Numbered from the stretch's first letter, positions 1 through 7,810 are shown. The stretch is DNA of 64,000 nt from Candidatus Omnitrophota bacterium (GCA_015233195.1 JADFYE010000007.1:8684-72683), one strand, 5' to 3'. Notes: generated from the letters alone by a model not told the origin. Numbers and translations are program-made.

Positions 1-1259
1 TTTCCGTCGGGTTTTGCCAAAGGGATATCTTCATTAATGGTGCGGATTAAATTTTCACGCAAGTCAGTAATGTCTTTGAGACCAAAGAGTTTATTTTGTA
101 CTGAAAGCGGAGCGATCAAAGAAATTATTTCAGGGATCAATGCCAGCGTATTACGGATAGCCAAAATATCTTTAGGGTGTGAATATCCACAACTTAATCT
201 GGAAATATTTTTTTCCAGGTCAGGGATTTTATCCAGATAGACTTTTAATTGAGTTTGGATATTTTTATTGTTTTTTAATGTGGTTACTGCTTCCAAACGC
301 TCGTCTATAAGCTTTTTATTTTTCAACGGATGATAAAACCAGAACCATAAATTTCTTTTACCAAGAGCTGTCCGGGTGTGGTCAATGGTTTGTACTACTT
401 GGTCTAATTCCAGTCCGCGCTGAGCAGCAGGGGAGATAAACGCGAATTCTTCGTCTGTATATTGCACAATCCGGTCAATGTGCAAAAGCGGCTGTTTGTT
501 CATCTCTTTTAGATATTGAAGAAGACCGCCTACAGCACCGATGCATAGAGTTTTATTTTCAATGCCGAATCCGTGCAAATTCAGAATTTTAAAATGTTCG
601 AGGATAGTTTTTTTGCTTATTTCTGGATTAAAACCCCATGCGCCATAAGGACTTAAAGTTATGGTTTTAGAACGCAATACAGGAGATTTGAACAAGGCTT
701 TAAAATGATCGGCATCATGGTCGGGAAAAATGCACTCATAAATCGGAAGCCGGCAAATTAGCTGGGTCAGTTTATTGTCGTCTATTGGAAATTCCTGGGT
801 TTGAATAGTTCCATTTGTAGGGTCAGTAAAAGCTAAACCATAAGTTTTTTTATCTCGCCATACTGCCATAATATAACGTACCGCGTCATCATTCTCGTCG
901 AGATATGTACCGGAAGTTATGATCCGGATAATATCGCGTTTTACTATGCCTTTAGCCAGGGCTGGGTCTTCCATTTGTTCGCAGATTGCGATTTTGTATC
1001 CAGCTTTGACTAAACGGGAAATATATCCTTCACTGGCATGATGGGGAAATCCGCACATCGGCACGTGATTAGCAGAGCCTTTGCCCCGTGAAGTTAAAAC
1101 CAGATCTAATACTCGAGAAACTTCCTTAGCATCGTCGAAAAACATTTCATAAAAATCACCTAAGCGGAAAAAAAGAATACAGTCTTTGTGCTTAGCTTTT
1201 AGCGCGTGATACTGCTTCAACATAGGCGTGGTTTCTGAGGACTGTTGCAAAACGCCCAT
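1..1259 (-). CDS. mutS: DNA mismatch repair protein MutS, N-terminal ~400 aa (gene continues beyond the left edge; absent from the ORF track because no stop lies in the window)
   Basis: Manual minus-strand translation gives ...TPMLKQYHALKAKHKDCILFFRLGDFYEMFFDDAKEVSRVLDLVLTSRGK...PMCGFPHHASEGYISRLVKAGYKIAICEQMEDP..., the MutS domain I signature. In-frame ATGs lie at 1223, 1259, 1376 and 1391. Starting at 1259 leaves an E. coli-like ~11 aa before TPML. No clear SD precedes any of them, so the start is uncertain. Confidence 0.9.
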   Translation of the reverse strand, partial: MGVLQQSSETTPMLKQYHALKAKHKDCILFFRLGDFYEMFFDDAKEVSRVLDLVLTSRGKGSANHVPMCGFPHHASEGYISRLVKAGYKIAICEQMEDPALAKGIVKRDIIRIITSGTYLDENDDAVRYIMAVWRDKKTYGLAFTDPTNGTIQTQEFPIDDNKLTQLICRLPIYECIFPDHDADHFKALFKSPVLRSKTITLSPYGAWGFNPEISKKTILEHFKILNLHGFGIENKTLCIGAVGGLLQYLKEMNKQPLLHIDRIVQYTDEEFAFISPAAQRGLELDQVVQTIDHTRTALGKRNLWFWFYHPLKNKKLIDERLEAVTTLKNNKNIQTQLKVYLDKIPDLEKNISRLSCGYSHPKDILAIRNTLALIPEIISLIAPLSVQNKLFGLKDITDLRENLIRTINEDIPLAKPDG

Positions 1260-1360
1260 CTGCGGCGTTATTCCCTCGTTCTCTTGTGCGGCGTACTTAC
1301 TACTGTACGCCTCCGTGTTCACTCCGGAATGCCTTGCATCTGGGCATTTTCCATCAGTCC
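1239..1360. repeat. Long imperfect hairpin repeat, family D, copy 1 (~122 nt)
   Basis: ggactgttgcaaaacgcccatctgcggcgttattccc...ccggaatgccttgcatctgggcattttccatcagtcc. The termini ggactg/cagtcc are inverted. It is alignable end to end with 8801-8923. It overlaps the 5' end/possible start region of mutS. Confidence 0.8.
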
Positions 1361-1529
1361 CTGGAAAGTCATTCATATGTTTAGAATTCATAAGAAATTA
1401 GTTATAGCATAAGTATTTGATTTTGGAAAGTAACCGTTTACTTCAAACCCTACTTTCCCCCTTATTTTAGGTAAATATATAATTTATACTTTATATGTAG
1501 TGTTGAATAGTTTTGAAGGGGGTAAAAAG

Positions 1530-4500
1530 ATGGGGCAAGTTTTTAAAAAATTCATATGTTGTTTAACACTAGTTATGTTTATATTTACTAGTGTTACTCC
1601 GTCTTATGGTCAAAGCGTGTTGAGCGTTCCTGCGCCAACTACTTTAGTTCAGCTTAGTCAGCCGTTTAATCCTCCAATGCTTACAGGTATCAAGGTTCAC
1701 ACAGACAACCCGTTTAGATTTGAGTTTATTTTGGACGCAGGAAATAATAATGATAAAAATAGCGTAGGGGCACGATACTTCGTGCCCGAATCAGCAGATA
1801 TAAAACAAGAAGCTAATCGCTTGATTAAATATTTCCTCGCCTCACTTACTGTCCCTGAAAAAGATTTATGGGTTAACTTATCGCCTTATGAAAAAGACCG
1901 CATTGTGCCGGAAGCGTTTGGTAAGACTGAAATGGGACGAGACCTTTTGGCACAGGATTATTTATTGAAACAACTTACAGCATCGCTTATGTATCCGGAA
2001 GGGGAGATTGGGCGAAAATTTTGGGATAGAATTTATGCAGAAGCTGCTCAAAAATTCGGTACTACTGATATACCAGTTGATACATTTAACAAAGTCTGGA
2101 TTGTGCCGGAAAAAGCAGTGGTGTATGAAAATGCTGAAGCTGGTACGGCATACGTTGTTGAGAGTCATTTGAAGGTGATGACGGAGAAAGATTATAAAGT
2201 CATTCCTTCGCGTACCGCTCAGGATGACAACACCAATAAAATTATAAAATCAGTCATTATTCCCGCGCTTGAACGCGAGGTTAACACCGGCAAGAATTTT
2301 GCCCAGCTTCGCCAAGTCTATAACTCACTCATCCTCGCTACTTGGTATAAAAAGAAAATTAAAGAAAGTATTCTCTCCCAGGTGTATGTAAACAAAAATA
2401 AAGTCGTAGGCGTAAATATAGACGATACCAAAGCCGCAGAAAAAATCTGGGCACAATACGTCGAGACTTTTAAAAAAGGCGCGTACAATTACATTAAAGA
2501 AGAATATGATCCGGTTAATCAAAAAATCATTCCTAAAAAATATTTTTCCGGCGGGTTTACAGCTTTGAATTTAGACGAGGCAATGATAATAGAATCAAAA
2601 GAAGTCCCGTATGATCCCGATGATCCCAATAATCACAACCAATTACAAAAAATAATTATGGATTTGCTTCCGCGCGATACGCCGCCGTTTACGCCTCTAG
2701 CAAGTGTTACTCCAGTGTCAATTAAATCTATACCGCCAATTCACGCACTGGAGCCGATTCCAGCAACCAATCCTTATGCAGGGGCGGTCGTGGTATCAAA
2801 CATAGAACAAGCAATTAAAAACGAAACACCAAATGTTGTTAATTTTACTCCTCAAGTCACGCCTAAAACAAAAAAAGATAAGTTAAATGAAAAATTAGAG
2901 GCATTGCTTGGGATATCCGCTAATGAAAAGCTTAGAAGTTTTATTAGTGACATGCTAAACGAATTATCTTGGGCGGATAATTTTGATTCATTTCTTATTT
3001 CGCAATCAAAATTATTAAGGAATTTACTTTTAGAGATTGGTTTTACATTTTTCGATTTACCTTTAACTCAAAGGCTTCTGGCGTTGGTGATTGAGTGGGC
3101 AATTAATTTAGGAGAAATTAATATTGATCAAATAAATTGGTTTGATGGTTTTTACACCACAAAACCAGTTTTTGCAATTGCAACTACAGCTTTGTCTGGT
3201 TTAGGTGACATAACCAAAATTGACATGGTCATACAAGGGATAAATCAGGAGCTCGAAAAATTGGGAATAAAAGGAGCTAAATTTAAAGTGTTAGCTTTAA
3301 TAAAAGATAAAAGCAGGATTGATATTTTTAAAGACAAACTTCTTGAGATGAAGTCTTTAAACGTTACCTTTGAATTTGTTGAGGATATTATACCTGAAAA
3401 CTCGCCGTTACTGGCTGATGTAGACGCGTTGATCGCGCTGGTTGAGCCGGTAACAACATTTGTAAAATTTGATGAACATCGCTCTCATGCCAGGTCTTCG
3501 CCACTTTTATGCTGGACAATAAATGAATATGATAAGGATATTAATCCTAATACTCGAGACACAGCGTTTAATTTCACAAATTTAAATACTGGATTTGATA
3601 GCCGTAGTATAGGTTTTTTTATTAATCCTTTCGCTGTAGGTTTGTATAACCAAAATTTAGGATTAAATGTAGAAGGTAGAATACAACAAAAAGAGGAACT
3701 TTTACGTCAATCTCTCAGTGAGATCGGGAATAAAATTAACGTACAGCCAATTAATGTAGAGGAGAAAGCCGCACAAGCGGCTGCGACAACTTGGGGATTT
3801 GTTTATATGCATAGGGACGGAGGGCAATATTTGAGGAATTTATTCCAGTATTTTTCAGAACAAAATATTACGGTATTTACTTTTTTTGGGGCTAACAATA
3901 GGTGGGAAAAAGATATAGATGAATTTGTAAAGTTTAAAGTCATAGTAGACGCCTATCGTTTACCAATTGAGATTTATGATTTAAGCGCAGATCCTAACCA
4001 AATTAAGACGATCGATTTTTCAAAACCAGTAATCCGGGTTATCAATTTAGGGGTACGAGATTTGACGACTAATATTCGTTTTATGGCTGCTTCTGATTTA
4101 CCAGTTGGAGTAACCGGAGATGAGAGCTTTGCCGCCGCAGCAACATTGAGGCTGCCATTTGTTTATGAAATGGCTCCTTGGAAATGGGAGTTAGCTTACA
4201 ACATTTCGCAATGGATGCGCCGTATTAATGGAGAACAAGGTAAGGCAAGTAAATTACTTTGGAATTTTATTATTAGGGAGACAGATAGCGCTGAACAGGA
4301 TTTTTTATGGGGCAACTCTCCTAAAAAATATGATGAATTTAAAAGGTTTGGAGATTTTGTGGAAAGCCGACCGCTTTATCCTGATTTGGTTCGGAAAATG
4401 TTAAGGACCTTAGCTTTTTTGCATTTAATGCAGGATAGACAAAACAAGGGTGTTCCTGCAAGTAAAAAAGCATTAGTCGGGGCTTATAATTTTTGGACAA

Positions 4501-7004
4501 AATGTCGGGATTTCTTAAGGCAGACCTTTCAAAGCGGGGATGAAAAATTAAAAAGCTATAAAGTTTATTTAGATTCAGAAAATGATCAGGCGATGCTGCA
4601 ACAAAATAGTGCTAAATTTCTTAGTGAAGCAGACCAGAAAATGTTGGGTGATTTTATTTTGAAGGCTAATGATGGGCGTAGATACAAGTTATTTTTTTAT
4701 AAAAAGCCGAGCAGTGAGGGAAGCTATAAAATTATTATTCGTGAAATTGATCAGAAAGATCAGGTGATTAGAGGACGAAGGAAAGCTGGATATATAGTGA
4801 TATTTCCATTTAATGAAAAAGGCTATAGAAACAGGAATGGTTTTTTTCAATTAATTATCGAAAGATTTGTTTTATTTCAAAAATCACAACAGGGAAAAAG
4901 AATTAGTAGTTCATTTTTGGAAAATTTGCCAAAAGGAACATCATTGCGAGGGAAAAATATCATCAATGAGGCTACGATAGATCAAATGAAAGATGAAGTT
5001 TTTGCTAAATTAAAAGCTACTGCTTCAGATGATGAACTTGTGCGCCTTGAAGAAAACGAACGTTATATTAATAGGGGAAGCGGGAGAGGTAGGGTTGAAA
5101 GTACAGTTCGTTTTTTTATGAATTATCAAGAGGATAAAAAGGTTGATCTTCATTTAAGTGAGATTTTCAGAAATACTCCAATAGGGAAATCATTGGGTTA
5201 TGGCGGTTTTGAAATATCGGATGTGGTAATTGGGGAACAATATATGGGTAGCTTCTATGTGGCTGAATTATCGTACATTGCTCTTAAACCAGTTGATCAG
5301 GCGATGAATCAACAAGAGATCATAATTAATGAAGAGCTTTCAGTAAAAACATCAGATGTTTTTAATGTGCGTTTAAAAGATAATCCTCAAGAAGGAATTC
5401 TGCAGCCGGCAACAGTTGATCGTCGGGAATTTTTAAAAACTGCTGTGGGACTTGCGGCTATTATGGCTTTGCCGGGCTTTTTAAGAGCGGCAGAACCTAA
5501 AAAGAATTTATTACCTGCCGGAAAAAGCGAACCAACCCTTGCTAAGGCGCGGCAGATTGTTTTAGATCATTTAACTGATATTCTTCACTCAGGTAAAATG
5601 TGGACCAATATTCCTTCAACAGAATATTGGCAGGATAATGTTTTTAAAGGCGATAAAACAATGTATTTGTTTGCAATGGACGATATTGAAATTGCGCTGA
5701 AAGCGGGGTTAAAGCCGTATAATGCAGGAGAAAGTTTGAATGCAAAAGAATTCGCCCGGTTAGCCATTCAGGCGATAAAGGAACAGACTGTTGAAGAAAA
5801 ATTAGATAAGTTTTTTTCAGGCAGTTGGTCGAGATATATGGTTGCCTTAGCGAATAACAGTGAAAATATAGAAATTTATGCGGAAGTTATCCGTCAAAGA
5901 GCTAAAGATATAGATCCGATTTTGGGCGCATTGGTTGCTCAATTGGCAGATAATACCAAGGATTGGCAGGTCAAAGATATAGAAAATGTATGGCAAAAAT
6001 TTAATGATTCATTTTTAATACCAAAAGGATATTATGCCAGCGTTTCATCAGCAACGAATAATCTTAAACATCACAAGTTTTATTTCGCGCTAATTTATAA
6101 GATTGAATCCCGGGAGCAGACAGCTTTATCTTCTGGAAGAAAAATCGAAGTGTTGATAGCGCGAAGGCTTGATATTGTTAATTTTGCGGGAAGCCTAGGG
6201 CATACGCAAAAAGGGTTTGACCGGATATTTATTGATTTAGATTCTATCGATTATCAGATAAAAACATTGGCAGGTTATTCTAGAAAAGATTTAGTATCTG
6301 ACGGTGAGAAAGTTTCAGAGAAAGATTTAATTAGTATTGAAAGCTGGGTAAGACAATTCAATAGCAGAGAGAATTTAAAACAATTAATTGTTGATGATAC
6401 CAAAATGCATGAATTGGCGCATAAGCAGTATGATGATCTGAAGAAAAATTTGACAAAAGGTTTTGGCATATATCAATCGAATTTTGATAATCTTCGTGCG
6501 CGAGATCCTCAAGGCACTGATATTATTCAATCTGAAATTTATGCATATCTGACTGAAATCAAGAATGGGAATTTGCCGGGCTTGTCAATTTTTATCCTAT
6601 GGCGAAGTTTTATGAAGCAAGTCCCGACAGCGGAATTTTTTGCCGGATGTTTTATTTTAAATCAATTAACAGGCGATGAGCTGAACCCTAAAAACGGAAT
6701 GCAGCATGTTTTTGAGAGGGTGGCTGAGCTTTTGAATATGCCTAAAATAGAAATTTCAAAAAAAGCAGAAAAAGTGTTACAAGAATTTTTCGCTGATAAG
6801 GCGATGAACATAAGCGATCACACCGGTGGTATTGATTTCACTGCTGATAAGACGCCTTTGGAAATTAAAAATATAGGTAAAGATATCAAATTCAATATAG
6901 ACGCTGCAATGCTGCAGAAACTCCAAAATACTACAGGGTTTGAGCCATTAATAATTGACATCCAGCCAATGACAGATCTAAAAGCTTTTTTGGAATTGAA
7001 ATAG
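1530..7004 (+). CDS. Giant exported modular protein, paralog 1 (~1824 aa), function unknown
   Basis: Long ORF (track 1500-7004). The ATG at 1530 follows gaagggggt (SD) and opens a signal peptide, MGQVFKKFICCLTLVMFIFTSVTPSYGQ. The N-terminal ~350 aa are shared with 21252-28415 and 61639->64000. Confidence 0.85.
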   Translation: MGQVFKKFICCLTLVMFIFTSVTPSYGQSVLSVPAPTTLVQLSQPFNPPMLTGIKVHTDNPFRFEFILDAGNNNDKNSVGARYFVPESADIKQEANRLIKYFLASLTVPEKDLWVNLSPYEKDRIVPEAFGKTEMGRDLLAQDYLLKQLTASLMYPEGEIGRKFWDRIYAEAAQKFGTTDIPVDTFNKVWIVPEKAVVYENAEAGTAYVVESHLKVMTEKDYKVIPSRTAQDDNTNKIIKSVIIPALEREVNTGKNFAQLRQVYNSLILATWYKKKIKESILSQVYVNKNKVVGVNIDDTKAAEKIWAQYVETFKKGAYNYIKEEYDPVNQKIIPKKYFSGGFTALNLDEAMIIESKEVPYDPDDPNNHNQLQKIIMDLLPRDTPPFTPLASVTPVSIKSIPPIHALEPIPATNPYAGAVVVSNIEQAIKNETPNVVNFTPQVTPKTKKDKLNEKLEALLGISANEKLRSFISDMLNELSWADNFDSFLISQSKLLRNLLLEIGFTFFDLPLTQRLLALVIEWAINLGEINIDQINWFDGFYTTKPVFAIATTALSGLGDITKIDMVIQGINQELEKLGIKGAKFKVLALIKDKSRIDIFKDKLLEMKSLNVTFEFVEDIIPENSPLLADVDALIALVEPVTTFVKFDEHRSHARSSPLLCWTINEYDKDINPNTRDTAFNFTNLNTGFDSRSIGFFINPFAVGLYNQNLGLNVEGRIQQKEELLRQSLSEIGNKINVQPINVEEKAAQAAATTWGFVYMHRDGGQYLRNLFQYFSEQNITVFTFFGANNRWEKDIDEFVKFKVIVDAYRLPIEIYDLSADPNQIKTIDFSKPVIRVINLGVRDLTTNIRFMAASDLPVGVTGDESFAAAATLRLPFVYEMAPWKWELAYNISQWMRRINGEQGKASKLLWNFIIRETDSAEQDFLWGNSPKKYDEFKRFGDFVESRPLYPDLVRKMLRTLAFLHLMQDRQNKGVPASKKALVGAYNFWTKCRDFLRQTFQSGDEKLKSYKVYLDSENDQAMLQQNSAKFLSEADQKMLGDFILKANDGRRYKLFFYKKPSSEGSYKIIIREIDQKDQVIRGRRKAGYIVIFPFNEKGYRNRNGFFQLIIERFVLFQKSQQGKRISSSFLENLPKGTSLRGKNIINEATIDQMKDEVFAKLKATASDDELVRLEENERYINRGSGRGRVESTVRFFMNYQEDKKVDLHLSEIFRNTPIGKSLGYGGFEISDVVIGEQYMGSFYVAELSYIALKPVDQAMNQQEIIINEELSVKTSDVFNVRLKDNPQEGILQPATVDRREFLKTAVGLAAIMALPGFLRAAEPKKNLLPAGKSEPTLAKARQIVLDHLTDILHSGKMWTNIPSTEYWQDNVFKGDKTMYLFAMDDIEIALKAGLKPYNAGESLNAKEFARLAIQAIKEQTVEEKLDKFFSGSWSRYMVALANNSENIEIYAEVIRQRAKDIDPILGALVAQLADNTKDWQVKDIENVWQKFNDSFLIPKGYYASVSSATNNLKHHKFYFALIYKIESREQTALSSGRKIEVLIARRLDIVNFAGSLGHTQKGFDRIFIDLDSIDYQIKTLAGYSRKDLVSDGEKVSEKDLISIESWVRQFNSRENLKQLIVDDTKMHELAHKQYDDLKKNLTKGFGIYQSNFDNLRARDPQGTDIIQSEIYAYLTEIKNGNLPGLSIFILWRSFMKQVPTAEFFAGCFILNQLTGDELNPKNGMQHVFERVAELLNMPKIEISKKAEKVLQEFFADKAMNISDHTGGIDFTADKTPLEIKNIGKDIKFNIDAAMLQKLQNTTGFEPLIIDIQPMTDLKAFLELK
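1764..1789 (+). repeat. GTAG-headed hairpin repeat, family A, inside the paralog 1 CDS (in frame, encodes VGARYFVPE)
   Basis: gtaggggcacgatacttcgtgcccga has stem GGGCACGA/TCGTGCCC. It matches the reverse complement of 61754-61779 at 25 of 26 nt. The paralogs lack ~10 aa at this position. Confidence 0.8.
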
Positions 7005-7061
7005 TTGGATCAGTTGGTTAATATGTTTGATATAATAAGAAAAATTGCAAAAAAGTAAGAC

Positions 7062-7646
7062 ATGAAAAATAAAAATATTTATATTATAGCTGGTCCGAAT
7101 GGGGCGGGAAAAACAACTTTCGCTGTAAAGTTTTTGCCTGATTATGTTAAATGCCCTAACTTCGTAAATGCGGATCTTATTGCTCAGGGGCTGGCTCCAT
7201 TTTCTCCTAATACAGCAGCTATTAAAGCGGGGAAATTGGTTCTTAATCAGATTGATAATTTTGCTGCGCAAGGCGTGGACTTTGCTTTTGAGACAACACT
7301 TTCTGGTAAAACTTATTTGCGCTTGTTTAAAGCGTTGAAAGCAAAAGGATATAAATTGCATCTATTTTTTTTATGGATACCGGATAAGCGGCTGGCTTTG
7401 GCAAGGATTAAAGATAGAGTTCAAGCGGGAGGACATAATATTCCTCCTAATGATGCCCGGCGAAGATTCGTACGCAGTATTTATAATTTTTCTGTGGTTT
7501 ATCGTTTTGTGTTTGATTTTTGGATGTTATTTGATAATTCAGGTACTACGCCTAGACTAATTGCTCGAGAAAAGGATTGCGAACTTTATATTGCTGATAA
7601 AAAGTTATTTGGTATAATTGTTCGTATTAAGGAGATAATTGAATGA
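7062..7646 (+). CDS. Zeta-toxin-like P-loop kinase / AAA ATPase (COG4185-type)
   Basis: Walker A motif in IIAGPNGAGKTTF. The overall pattern ...FVNADLIA...FAFETTLSG...GYKLHLFFLWIPDKRLALARIKDRVQAGGHNIP is typical of the zeta-toxin family. Confidence 0.7.
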   Translation: MKNKNIYIIAGPNGAGKTTFAVKFLPDYVKCPNFVNADLIAQGLAPFSPNTAAIKAGKLVLNQIDNFAAQGVDFAFETTLSGKTYLRLFKALKAKGYKLHLFFLWIPDKRLALARIKDRVQAGGHNIPPNDARRRFVRSIYNFSVVYRFVFDFWMLFDNSGTTPRLIAREKDCELYIADKKLFGIIVRIKEIIE

Positions 7647-7810
7647 AAAAACCTGCGACTCTTCAAGCAAAAGCGATGTGCGCGCTTCGAAAAGCGATAC
7701 GCGGAGTAGTATTACAGCATCAAAAAACTGGTCGTCCGCTTATGATTTGGCGTAATGGAAAAGTTGTCCGCGTGTCAGCTGATGATGTTTTGTTAAATAG
7801 CAGCAAGTAA
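7643..7810 (+). CDS. Small ORF (55 aa) translationally coupled to the zeta-like gene; candidate partner/antitoxin
   Basis: Its ATG overlaps the upstream stop (ATGA at 7643-7646). Translation is MKKPATLQAKAMCALRKAIRGVVLQHQKTGRPLMIWRNGKVVRVSADDVLLNSSK. It falls below the ORF-track size cutoff. I recognise no family. Confidence 0.4.
   Translation: MKKPATLQAKAMCALRKAIRGVVLQHQKTGRPLMIWRNGKVVRVSADDVLLNSSK

Noticed and set aside
1500-1529. The longer N-terminal extensions given by the ORF track (1500, 21225, 7839, 28529, 29959, 36583, 38198, 43413, 43646, 50314, 58433, 59793).
   Set aside because: In each case a downstream start has a better SD, begins the signal peptide or conserved N-terminus, or removes a large overlap with the preceding gene.
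5061-5100. The RGSGRGRVES segment of paralog 1 (ggggaagcgggagaggtagggttgaaag) as a decayed family C/E repeat.
   Set aside because: Only the G-rich tail resembles the repeats. No left hairpin arm is present, so the evidence is too weak to call.
5304-5369. Splitting paralog 1 into two genes at the Tat-like segment.
   Set aside because: The frame is uninterrupted, and no SD precedes the in-frame ATG (5304) or GTG (5367). Paralog 2 has the same single-ORF architecture. I kept it as one CDS and reported the anomaly as a finding.
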